Source: Candidatus Binataceae bacterium (GTDB lineage: Bacteria > Desulfobacterota > Binatia > Binatales > Binataceae). From it: DNA of 25,695 nt. Below are positions 16,998 to 25,327 of the stretch, piece by piece; positions within the stretch are counted from its first letter, which is position 1, and the number at the start of each line of letters is the position of its first letter. The DNA is taken from the NCBI GenBank assembly GCA_035624805.1, contig DASPQU010000251.1:1-25695 (forward strand). Direction: 5' to 3'. Position numbers and translations under genes: made by a program. Below the pieces are notes generated by a model. That model saw nothing but the letters and a program-made list of their open reading frames with translations, was not told where the DNA came from and searched no databases.

Positions 16998-17606
16998 TTA
17001 CCAGCGCCCCGCCCTGATCAAAGCTCGCAGACCGGCCGGACCCGGCATCCGGCGCGGGAAGCCGAGCGGACCGAGGTATCGGATTGGAGCCGACGCGATC
17101 GGATACCCGTACGCCGGACCCGGCAGCACGATCGGCGCCGAGAGAGGACGCGCCGGCACAAGAACAGGTACTGCAATGTAAACACGGGCCGCAGCCAGAG
17201 CTTCCTGCTGCTGATAATCGTCGGCATTTCCGTAATCGCCGGGATCATCCGGCGAATCAGCAGGGGGAATCGAAGCGGTCTGGACAGGAGGATTCACATT
17301 TATGGTCCCAACCGGATCGTTCGTGCCGGTTCCTTCGCCGGCTGTGGGAATCGTCGAGTAGGCGTTGTCGGCCGTTCCGCCGATTCGAGTCTCGTCGCAA
17401 TGCGCGCCGCCGGAATCGACGGCGCACTGCTGCGGAATCTCGAGCACAGGTTCGCTGTCATCCAAGCCCACGGTCGGATCGATTTCAGGAGTTATGATGT
17501 CGGACCCACAGCAGGCGGGAGACAAATAGAGAATTCCCACGGCGAGATGCAGGCAGAACCCGAAACGCCGCAATCTGTTCATCAGCGAGCCAATGCTGAT
17601 GCGCAT
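16998..17606 (-). CDS. Hypothetical secreted Pro-rich protein
   Basis: Basic-then-hydrophobic N-terminus, acidic/Pro-rich middle, Pro-rich tail. Fills the gap between coaX and the SDR. Start uncertain (17606 or 17582). Confidence 0.6.
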   Translation of the reverse strand: MRISIGSLMNRLRRFGFCLHLAVGILYLSPACCGSDIITPEIDPTVGLDDSEPVLEIPQQCAVDSGGAHCDETRIGGTADNAYSTIPTAGEGTGTNDPVGTINVNPPVQTASIPPADSPDDPGDYGNADDYQQQEALAAARVYIAVPVLVPARPLSAPIVLPGPAYGYPIASAPIRYLGPLGFPRRMPGPAGLRALIRAGRW

Positions 17607-17735
17607 GTTAAGACGATATCACCAGGCGCGAATCCTGGCCAATGTCACACAACCGTTTTTATTTTTCACTCAGCCCTCCGGACGGCGTCCGGGCGGGTTT
17701 TCACGTGATACGGTTGCAGCTAAGATGCGTGCGCC

Positions 17736-18476
17736 ATGGCAAACAAAGTTGCATTGATTACCGGCGCCGGTCGCGGAATCGGCCGCGATATCGCGCTTCG
17801 CTTCGCCCGCGAGGGATACGCCTGCGGACTTATCGCGAGGACCAAGTCGCAGCTCGAAGAAACGGCAGAACTGATCCACAAGGCGGGCGGCAAGGCGCTC
17901 GTGACACCGACTGACGTGTCCAAGCGCGAGCAGGTGCTCGCGTCTGTCGAGGCCGTCGAGCGCGAGCTTGGACCGATATCTGTGCTCGTCAACAACGCGG
18001 GCGCGTATCTGAAGAAGCGCCTCACGGAGATCGCCGAAGACGAATTCGATTTCCAGTTCAAGGTTAACTGCTACGGTCCGTTTTTCTGTACGCAGGCGGT
18101 AGTCGGGAAGATGGCGGAAGGTGGAGGCGGAACGATCATTTTCGTCCTCGGTTCCGAAAGCCGCGGGGGCCCCGCGCAGTATTCGGCCTATACGGCGTCA
18201 AAAGTTGCGCAGCGTGCGATCGCGGAATCGGTAGCGTATGAGTTCGGCCATCTGGGAGTGCATACCGCGGCACTCGACGTTGACGGCGCGGTGGACAGCC
18301 CGCGGGTTCGCGAGGCGATGCCCGACGTCGATCCGAGTTGGTTCGTATCGCCGGAGCAGATTTGCGACGAGCTGATTCATATTGTGAATCAGCCCAAGAG
18401 CTCGTGGACGTTCCAGGTTGACCTGCGATCGTACTCGCAATGGCGTCCGCGCGTGGCCCCCAAGAAAAAAGCCTAA
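17736..18476 (+). CDS. Short-chain dehydrogenase/reductase
   Basis: TGAGRGIG, NNAG, catalytic YTASK. Confidence 0.93.
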   Translation: MANKVALITGAGRGIGRDIALRFAREGYACGLIARTKSQLEETAELIHKAGGKALVTPTDVSKREQVLASVEAVERELGPISVLVNNAGAYLKKRLTEIAEDEFDFQFKVNCYGPFFCTQAVVGKMAEGGGGTIIFVLGSESRGGPAQYSAYTASKVAQRAIAESVAYEFGHLGVHTAALDVDGAVDSPRVREAMPDVDPSWFVSPEQICDELIHIVNQPKSSWTFQVDLRSYSQWRPRVAPKKKA

Positions 18477-18575
18477 GCGCGCGATACCGGACCGATCGCG
18501 ACGTATATTGTTAGCTCGCGCGATCCTTTACAGTTGATAGTCCGGGTGGCAAGCCGCCCGGAGCCTCGAATCGGT

Positions 18576-18652
18576 CGGGGCGTGGCGCAGACTGGTAGCG
18601 CACACGCTTGGGGTGCGTGTGGTCGCCGGTTCAAATCCGGCCGCCCCGACCA
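18576..18652 (+). tRNA. tRNA-Pro (anticodon GGG)
   Basis: 77 nt. Acceptor stem CGGGGCG/CGCCCCG, D arm GCGC/GCGC, anticodon arm CACGC-TTGGGGT-GCGTG, T arm GCCGG-TTCAAAT-CCGGC, encoded CCA. Confidence 0.98.
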
Positions 18653-18823
18653 ACCAATCCCCGGCAGACTCAAGTGCTCGGGTTCGCGAGATTCAGGGCC
18701 TTTGGCGTTGCTGTTCGGAAATTGCGGGGCCCTTTTCCAGGACCCCGCGTGCAGATTCCGAGTTGGGAAGATCGCCGACCTAACGTAGACTTTCCAAGCC
18801 TACATTGGTCGGCACGTTCACCC

Positions 18824-19050
18824 TCATGGGAAACTCACCGTGAATGGCGGCGTCAGGGAAAGCGAGCTCAGATCAAAAGTCTGCGCCGCTCCAACAATCG
18901 CCGGAAAGGGCGTAACGACACTGCTGTTGTGGCACACGCCTGGCAAGCTCAGATTAGCGCCGCCGCAAGGAAATGTCTCGACGGACTTGATGGTCAGAAT
19001 CTGAATCGGCGTCGCCGCGTAGTACAACGTTCCGTTGTTGGTTCCCTGGG
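18824..19050 (-). pseudogene. 3' remnant of a secreted beta-rich protein lacking its 5' end
   Basis: PQGTNNGTLYYAATPIQILTIKSVETFPCGGANLSLPGVCHNSSVVTPFPAIVGAAQTFDLSSLSLTPPFTVSFP* reads like real extracellular protein. No signal peptide; the frame is closed by TAG at 19093-19091. Confidence 0.4.
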
Positions 19051-19223
19051 GAATGTCATTCGATGGAGCCGGCAATCTCTGGGTCTTCAACTACACGAGC
19101 GGGACGATTTCGGAGTTCGTGCCCGGCCAGTTACAGAGTAGCGGCTCTCCGGCGCCGTCGGTCTTTTTAACCGGGCTGCCGCTCTACGCAGGCGAACTTA
19201 CTTTCGGTCCGGCCTCGATGTAA
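19035..19223 (+). pseudogene. C-terminal remnant of an NHL-repeat / beta-propeller protein
   Basis: PWGMSFDGAGNLWVFNYTSGTISEF is an NHL-like blade. Only one blade is present, with an in-frame TAG at 19020-19022 just upstream. Confidence 0.6.
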
Positions 19224-19947
19224 TTACCGGCAACGGCCTGGTCGCCGGATGGCGCCGCTGCTCGCCAAACATGCGCCATCCGGCGATCGCCATCGCGAAA
19301 AGAAAAGCGAACGCGGCTACCAGCGACCATCGGCTGCCCGACCAATGCGCTCTCAGCGCCTTGAGGTCCAGTTCGGGTCCGCCCTGCGCGATCGGAGCCT
19401 CGACGCGATACACGCTCACGTTGCGAAAAAAAGCCCGACCATTGTTATAGGCCCACAATCCGCCGAGGCGCAGCGTGATGTCGACGTCGGCTCCGGGCGC
19501 CGGCACTTTCAGAGAAAATCCGACCCGGCCCCATTGTGTTGTCCCTTTGACCTGTTCGGAAGTTCCTCCCAATTCGGCAATACCGACTGTTGCGCCATAG
19601 AAGATCGGGCCCCATCCGACGTTCTCGGTCCGCACGTCAGCCGCGATGTAATACCAACCCGGATCCAGATGGACCGTTTGCACCCATCGCGCATCGTTGC
19701 CGTAGGCGCTGGTAATCTCGATCTCAACCTCGCCGGGATTGGACGCGTAGGGCGCAATCCATCGAAGCGACGTCTGATGATCGCTGCTCCACACGATACG
19801 CCGCCAGGCGCGGGGCGTATCGGAACTTCCGCGCGAGAAATCGCCATTGACGATCAGATTCTGCTCGGCGCGCGAGACAACCGGCGTGAAGAAAATCTGC
19901 AGCGTCACGATCAGAAAGTAGAATGGCAGATGGCGCATCGCCGTCAC
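19198..19947 (-). CDS. Exported, C-terminally anchored protein with a CBM4/9-like (galactose-binding-like) domain
   Basis: Signal peptide; NLIVNGDFS, DARWVQTVHLDPGWYY, LRLGG, GRAFFRNVSV; C-terminal TM plus basic tail. GTG start overlaps the PMT stop. Confidence 0.75.
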   Translation of the reverse strand: MTAMRHLPFYFLIVTLQIFFTPVVSRAEQNLIVNGDFSRGSSDTPRAWRRIVWSSDHQTSLRWIAPYASNPGEVEIEITSAYGNDARWVQTVHLDPGWYYIAADVRTENVGWGPIFYGATVGIAELGGTSEQVKGTTQWGRVGFSLKVPAPGADVDITLRLGGLWAYNNGRAFFRNVSVYRVEAPIAQGGPELDLKALRAHWSGSRWSLVAAFAFLFAMAIAGWRMFGEQRRHPATRPLPVITSRPDRK

Positions 19948-21467
19948 TGCTGATAGCGCTCGTAGGTCGTCCAGTTCGCGACGCCGGGCCCCTTAAGCCA
20001 CATCCGTGCATCGTATGCCTCCCGCGAAACGGGGACAGCCATCCATAGCGGGAGAAAATAGAGGAACGCGGCGGCCATCGCCGCGATTGATGCGGCGCTC
20101 GCGACTCGTCCTCCGTTTCGCATCGCGATTGCCGCAACCAACGTGGATGCAAGCACGGCGCTCGCCGAAAGCATTAGAGGCGTGGAGTCGACGGCGATGA
20201 AAATCGCCGGCGCGAGCGCAGCGAGAATAACGACGCGTTCCCATCGCGCGGCGTCACCGTTCCAACATCGTGCGAGTTCGCATCCAAGCGCGAGATAGGA
20301 AAGATAAAGCGCCGGCATGTAGTGATAGGGATACGTGGTGCGCGAGATTGGAAGGAAGATCGCGAGAAACGCTACGTATCCGATCACGACGAATGCGCTC
20401 GCCAGCGTAGGACGCTTCAGAATCCTGATTGCGTTAACGACTATCGCGGCAAGTCCGCTCCAACATGCGATCGGATTGGGCGCAAGCCATTCGGTTGCGA
20501 TCAGCCCATCGGGAAAACTTTCCTGCCAGTAGACGATCGGATGCAGCACTATCGGCCATGTCCACCACGGCGCCGCGCGCACGTCGCGCGCGAACGATCG
20601 TTCGCCCGACGTGATTCCGGTCTGAAGCCAGCCAGCGTCGCGAAAGTACTGCCAAATCGAACTCATCCCGCCCCATCTCAGGAATACGAAGTTCGGTACA
20701 AAAACCATCAGCCACGCAACCGCCGCGGTCGAGCCGACCAGCACAAAGGCGCCGACGATCACACGCGCTGACGGGCCGGCGGCGATCGGAGCGCAGCCGG
20801 ACCCTCGAGTCATCAGTTCGTACAGTAGAAAGCCGCCGATCAGGAGCGGCACGGCGACCGGCACGTACAGTTTGCCGGCGAGGCAAAGCCCGATACTGAA
20901 TCCCAGCATCGCGAGGCTGCGGCGACGTCGCCCGAGGGTTCCGGATTGCACGAATCGAAAAAAGAACAGGTACGAGAGCGCGGCGAACGTAACGTAGGTC
21001 ATCTCCTGCATCGCGGTTCGCGAATCAACGATGAACTCGCCGTCGCACAGGACCAGCGCCGCAGCGATCCACGCGGCGAGCCGCGAGCCGAACATCCTCA
21101 GCGCGAGCAGATACGTAATCGCGACCAGTGCGGTGCCGAGGATCGCATTCGACGCCCGCAAGGCGGCGGGGCTGTCGCCGAAAATCCGCATTCCCAGTGC
21201 GATCAACTCCACGGCAAGCGGAGGATGAGAATCGATAAATTGCTCGCCGCGCAGGTACGCGCCGGCTTCGCCGCCAAAGTTCAGTTCGTCGAACACGACG
21301 GCGTCGGGATGGCCGAGATTCCAGAAACGAATCGCAGCTGCGACGACGACCAGCAGGGCGATGGCGACAAGATCGGTTCGGCGCCATCGCGAACCCTTCG
21401 GAACCGGGTCGGCAAAGTTCGCCGCCGCGCCGCCGCTACGCGACGATTCGTAAGGTTCAGGTTCCAT
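19944..21467 (-). CDS. PMT/GT39-family lipid-carrier-dependent glycosyltransferase (protein O-mannosyltransferase-like)
   Basis: VVFDE catalytic loop, HPPL, DSRTAMQE; C-terminal WWTWP, NPIACW, YPYHYMPA, FLYFLP; many TM helices. Confidence 0.9.
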   Translation of the reverse strand: MEPEPYESSRSGGAAANFADPVPKGSRWRRTDLVAIALLVVVAAAIRFWNLGHPDAVVFDELNFGGEAGAYLRGEQFIDSHPPLAVELIALGMRIFGDSPAALRASNAILGTALVAITYLLALRMFGSRLAAWIAAALVLCDGEFIVDSRTAMQEMTYVTFAALSYLFFFRFVQSGTLGRRRRSLAMLGFSIGLCLAGKLYVPVAVPLLIGGFLLYELMTRGSGCAPIAAGPSARVIVGAFVLVGSTAAVAWLMVFVPNFVFLRWGGMSSIWQYFRDAGWLQTGITSGERSFARDVRAAPWWTWPIVLHPIVYWQESFPDGLIATEWLAPNPIACWSGLAAIVVNAIRILKRPTLASAFVVIGYVAFLAIFLPISRTTYPYHYMPALYLSYLALGCELARCWNGDAARWERVVILAALAPAIFIAVDSTPLMLSASAVLASTLVAAIAMRNGGRVASAASIAAMAAAFLYFLPLWMAVPVSREAYDARMWLKGPGVANWTTYERYQQ

Positions 21468-21663
21468 CGCGCGGTACAGAATACCTAAAGGCGCGCGAAG
21501 TCACACGATTTCACGATTTGATGCGAATGCTTGAAATGCAGGAAAGCGCCGCACCATAGTGACACATAATAATACAAAAAGTATTGCATTATAGTTGTCT
21601 TCTGATTTAACGTCGTAGGCGTCGCCATGCGACCAAATACTTCCAGCCAGGGGAGGGGAACCA

Positions 21664-22551
21664 ATGGCCATCGCTCGCAAATCAGGATTCCGGATACGTA
21701 ACGCAGGCGCAGTTCTGATATTGGCAGGGTTGCTAATCCTGCCCCCATCGATTGCTCGCGCTCACGGCAACGATTGCCGCGGCGGAGACGACGATGACAA
21801 AGACATCGCGGCTCTGGCAGCGCAGGTGGCGGCTTTACAGTCGCAGGTAAACGCGTTGAGCGGTCTTTCCGCCCAAATTGCTTCACTGCAGAGCCAGATC
21901 AATGCGCTGTCGACGCTTGCGACCCAGGTTGCAGGTCTCCAAACAACTGTCAACACGCTACAGACGAGCGTCAACGGATTTCAGCAGCAGATCTCCGGTC
22001 TGACGAACCTCGCGAGCCTGGGAACATATATCAGCATAAACCCGGGTACGGTTAACGGCGTTTTGGGTCCAAACCTGGTGTTCAGCGGCGTGAACGTGCA
22101 AATCGTCAACGGTTCGACTTCAACGACAACTCCAAATGGATTGGGCAATCTTATCATCGGCTACAACGACGATTCCGGGCCCTACCAGAGTACCACAGAC
22201 GCCAACCGGTCTGGATCGCATAACCTCATCGTCGGCGACGAGCATCGATACACCTCGGCGGGCGGAATCGTGGCCGGTTACGGCAATCAGATCAGTTCGC
22301 TTTACGCCAGCGTGACCGGAGGAACCCAGAACGCAGCCCTCGCCTACGCGTCCACTGTGAGCGGCGGAGACAGCAATAGCGCCAAGGGATCGCAGTCCTC
22401 GATCAGCGGAGGCCATTTCAATGTGGCCGCGGGTACGCAGGCAAGCGTAAGCGGCGGTGAATCGAACGGTGCCGACGGGGAATACGCTGCAGTGGGCGGG
22501 GGAACCGGAAACGACGCCACCACGCAATGGGAATTTCTGCCAGCTCCGTAA
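21664..22551 (+). CDS. Secreted coiled-coil + Gly-rich 15-residue-repeat protein (adhesin/fibre-like)
   Basis: Signal peptide (..ARA-H), coiled-coil repeats, GPNLVFSGVNVQI..GLGNLIIGYN core, five xxVxGGxxNxAxGxx repeats. Strong RBS. Confidence 0.85.
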   Translation: MAIARKSGFRIRNAGAVLILAGLLILPPSIARAHGNDCRGGDDDDKDIAALAAQVAALQSQVNALSGLSAQIASLQSQINALSTLATQVAGLQTTVNTLQTSVNGFQQQISGLTNLASLGTYISINPGTVNGVLGPNLVFSGVNVQIVNGSTSTTTPNGLGNLIIGYNDDSGPYQSTTDANRSGSHNLIVGDEHRYTSAGGIVAGYGNQISSLYASVTGGTQNAALAYASTVSGGDSNSAKGSQSSISGGHFNVAAGTQASVSGGESNGADGEYAAVGGGTGNDATTQWEFLPAP

Positions 22552-22574
22552 GGATTGATTAAGCGCTTGAACAG

Positions 22575-22610
22575 CGGGCTGTCCGGATTGTGGGCAGCCC
22601 GTATTCTTTC
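22575..22610 (+). terminator. Probable intrinsic terminator
   Basis: CGGGCTGTCC-GGATTGT-GGGCAGCCCG (10-bp stem, one G-U pair) followed by TATTCTTTC. Confidence 0.65.
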
Positions 22611-22868
22611 CGTTTGAAGCAAACTCAAGCCAATAAAAGCACAGCTTGGCATATCGAACAGGAAGTCGTTTTTCGTGCAATCCACGATAGCGAATGTCCG
22701 GAAGTCGCCGGGCGCAAATATTAAATGGAAGCGGGCTCGACGGAAATTGGGAAATCTTCCCAACGCCATGTTAACGTAATTTCCAACAAAAAGTAATACA
22801 AGTACAGCGGCGCTCAAAAGAGTCGATCCAATCTCAACAGAGCCCGCAAAAACACAAGGGGGAAAATC

Positions 22869-23620
22869 ATGAAACCGGATACTTGTCGATCCAGAACAGG
22901 CGCCGGAGTATTTCCGTCGTCCATCGCACTCGTCGCGCTGTTCCTGGCCATGGCGATTCCTGCGCGTGCACTGGCCGATGACAGCTGGAAACCAGTTGTA
23001 GCGGCAATGCAGGCGCAGATTGTCGCCCTGCAAAAACAGGTTCAGACGCTGCAGGCGGCGCTCTCGAGCAAGGCGGCGCAGAATGCCTTGACGCTGGGGC
23101 AGTACGTGAGTGTGACCCAGCACCGCAATACGGAGTCCGTGGACCAAACATCATTTTCAGCGGCGTCAACGTCCACATTCGCAGTGGCTCAGGACAGACC
23201 GTCGATACCAGCGGCCTCGGCAATCTGGTGGTGGGCTACGATGACGATTTCGGCGTAACGGGCCTCGATGCGTATCGGTCGGGTTCCAACAACCTGATTG
23301 TCGGAGATTACCACCAGTTTACCTCGGCCGTCGGAAACATTTCGACCGCGGTGGATACAACAATTCCGAGGGCTTTGCTTCGAGCGTCAGCGGAGGAATC
23401 AACAATTTCGGCACAGGCGACTATTCGAGCGTATCCGCCGGCGGCGTCAGCAACTATGCGACCGCCACAGGCGAGCGTGTCAGGCGGATTCAAGAATACT
23501 GCCAGCGGGTATTATGCGAGCGTGCTCGGAGGCTCATCCAACGTAGCGAGTGGAGTCGGATCGTCGGTAAGTGGTGGATCCGGCAACGTCAACAACAACC
23601 CAAATCAGGTGATGCCGTAG
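22869..23620 (+). pseudogene. Frameshifted paralog of the 21664-22551 adhesin-like protein
   Basis: Similarity to the upstream paralog switches frame near 23114, near 23350 and near 23470. The stitched product has the signal peptide, coiled coil, GPNIIFSGVNVHI..GLGNLVVGYD core and the Gly repeats. Confidence 0.85.
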
Positions 23621-23636
23621 CGCTTTTCGGTAGTAG

Positions 23637-23676
23637 GGCCGGAAAGCGAGTTGCCGCTTTCCGGCCTTTTGTTCTT
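23637..23676 (+). terminator. Intrinsic terminator
   Basis: Perfect 12-bp stem GGCCGGAAAGCG-AGTTGC-CGCTTTCCGGCC followed by TTTTGTTCTT. Confidence 0.85.
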
Positions 23677-23758
23677 GGCAACCACCGGAGAACGCTCGTT
23701 TTTCCGAGCACTTCTTGCAGAGTCGTGTCGACCTCGTTACTATCGCTCGCAACTAACT

Positions 23759-24235
23759 ATGATGCGAATTGACGCACTCATGAGAATAATTCTTGGCTTT
23801 ATCGCTCTGGGTTCGCTTTTGTTGACCGCGAATCTTTCCAACGCCGGGACCTGCCCGAATCCGCTTCCTGGCTGCACCTCCTCGGGTACCTTGGCGGATT
23901 TCACCGGAAATTTCGGCTGTACAGCGGTCACTACCAACGTGCCGAACGGCGGTTTCGCGCCCGTAAAAGCGAGCGTCCTTTTGATCTCGCCAGACGGAAA
24001 AGGGAATTTCGCCGGCAAGGAGGCGCAAAACTCCAACGACCCCTCCGTTTCCAACACTTACCAGGACTTTACCACGGTAGGCGGAATGTACTGTGTGAAT
24101 ACCGATGACACCGGCTATCTGTTTCCAACCGGGGGCTGCCCGATTGCCTTCGTCATCGATAGCGGCAAACAGGAGCTACGAGGCATCGATTCGTCTGAGC
24201 AAAGGGCGGGAGCAATGACGTGTCGGGAGCAGTAA
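23759..24235 (+). CDS. Secreted six-cysteine beta-rich protein, paralog 1 (unknown family)
   Basis: Signal peptide, then CPNPLPGC..GTLADFTGNFGCT..YCVNTDDTGYLFP..GCPIAFVIDSGKQE..TCR. Start is 23759, 23762 or 23780; the track start at 23651 lies inside the terminator. Confidence 0.85.
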   Translation: MMRIDALMRIILGFIALGSLLLTANLSNAGTCPNPLPGCTSSGTLADFTGNFGCTAVTTNVPNGGFAPVKASVLLISPDGKGNFAGKEAQNSNDPSVSNTYQDFTTVGGMYCVNTDDTGYLFPTGGCPIAFVIDSGKQELRGIDSSEQRAGAMTCREQ

Positions 24236-24303
24236 CTGACCTGCTCGCTTGCCGGCGTTACGGCCGGGCGCTCGCTAGTGAGGTGCGCGCTGCGAAGCCA
24301 CGA

Positions 24304-24762
24304 ATGAGGAAAGTCTTCTTAGTCTCAACGCTACTCTGCCTTCTCTTTGTCCGCGGCCCGGGTTGGGCTCAGACCGTGTGTCCAAGCCAGACCCTGAATT
24401 GTAGTTCGAAAGGCTCGCTCGCGGATTTTAGCGGCTCCTTTGCTTGCACCGTCGTACAAGCGGGCGTGTATGTCCAGAAGGTTAACCTGGCGCTGTTAAC
24501 ATCCGACGGTAACGGCAACATTTCGGGTAAATCCGCATCGGATAAGAACGACCCGGATACGATCGGCACCTTCAAGGATTTCAGCAACCAGGCTGTAAGC
24601 GCGACGTATTGCGTGAACTCCGACGATACAGGCTATCTTTTTCCCACATCGGGTCTGGCGGGGTGTCCGTTGGCGTTCGTAATCGATCGCGGCAAGCAGG
24701 AGGTGAGACTTTTGTCTTCTGCATCTCCGGCCGCGATCTTATTAACGTGCAGAAAGAGATAA
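24304..24762 (+). CDS. Secreted six-cysteine beta-rich protein, paralog 2
   Basis: MRKVFLVSTLLCLL signal peptide; CPSQTLNC..GSLADFSGSFACT..YCVNSDDTGYLFP..GCPLAFVIDRGKQE..TCR. Confidence 0.85.
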   Translation: MRKVFLVSTLLCLLFVRGPGWAQTVCPSQTLNCSSKGSLADFSGSFACTVVQAGVYVQKVNLALLTSDGNGNISGKSASDKNDPDTIGTFKDFSNQAVSATYCVNSDDTGYLFPTSGLAGCPLAFVIDRGKQEVRLLSSASPAAILLTCRKR

Positions 24763-24766
24763 CCCG

Positions 24767-25327
24767 ATGACTCGGCGGGCAACTATGGGTCACTTGAAAA
24801 GCAGGCGTGCTCCCGGAGCGCGTGCACTGGCGATAGCCGCCTTGCTGGCGTTGTTTTTCGCCGCCTTCGCCGAGTCTCCCCGCGGCGCGAGCGGGGCTTC
24901 ACCGGCTGCGACTGCCACTTCCCATCCGGCGTTTTTCAACGGCGAAGCCGCGCTTCCGGGAGGAGTCTTCTATTACCTGGTCTTTCCGGACGGCAATTTG
25001 TTCGGCTACTACACCTATACGTTCTTTCCGTTCCTGTACCACAACGATCTGGGGTTCGAGTATTTCGTCGATGCGGGAGGTCCGGCGCACGGCGCGTTCC
25101 TGTACGATTTCATTCGGTCGAACTGGTTCTATACCGATCCGGGAAATTTCCCATATCTTTACAGCTTCTCCGCACCCGGTTGGTATTTCTACTTTCTCGA
25201 TGGGGCGAACCCAGGCCATTACACCAGTAATCCCAGGATTTTCGCGAACCTTAATACGCAGGCGATCATTTTCAGTCCGCCGTATCCCGCCACCCAACTT
25301 AACATCTATTTGCCGGTGCTCGAATGA
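24767..25327 (+). CDS. Secreted aromatic-rich repeat protein
   Basis: Signal peptide, short Ser/Thr/Ala linker, then a 134-aa domain with 37 F/Y/W residues by hand count; ends IYLPVLE. Confidence 0.85.
   Translation: MTRRATMGHLKSRRAPGARALAIAALLALFFAAFAESPRGASGASPAATATSHPAFFNGEAALPGGVFYYLVFPDGNLFGYYTYTFFPFLYHNDLGFEYFVDAGGPAHGAFLYDFIRSNWFYTDPGNFPYLYSFSAPGWYFYFLDGANPGHYTSNPRIFANLNTQAIIFSPPYPATQLNIYLPVLE

Noticed and set aside
18608-19141. 177-aa ORF starting inside the tRNA
   Set aside because: It overlaps tRNA-Pro and has no protein-like features.
21787-21804. DDDDK (enterokinase/FLAG-like) sequence in the fibre protein
   Set aside because: No DYK prefix or vector context; most simply a natural acidic linker after the signal peptide.
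18762-22764. Identical 11-mer GTTGGGAAGAT at 18762-18772 and, inverted, at 22754-22764 as possible inversion ends
   Set aside because: Many 11-mer matches are expected by chance in 25 kb, and the flanks do not extend the match.
22620-22865. Possible c-di-GMP or other riboswitch in the long spacer before the second adhesin-like gene
   Set aside because: I could not find the GGCAAAC / GNRA / GACGCAAAG elements or another recognisable aptamer; an Rfam scan would settle it.
23105-23125. Programmed ribosomal frameshift reuniting the split ORFs
   Set aside because: No slippery heptamer, and at least three separate shifts would be needed.
22344-23147. 267-aa minus-strand ORF across the AT-rich spacer
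   Set aside because: It overlaps both plus-strand paralogs and a terminator, and has no motif.
23651-23758. Track start of the first Cys-rich paralog
   Set aside because: It lies within a strong terminator hairpin; the signal peptide begins only after 23759.
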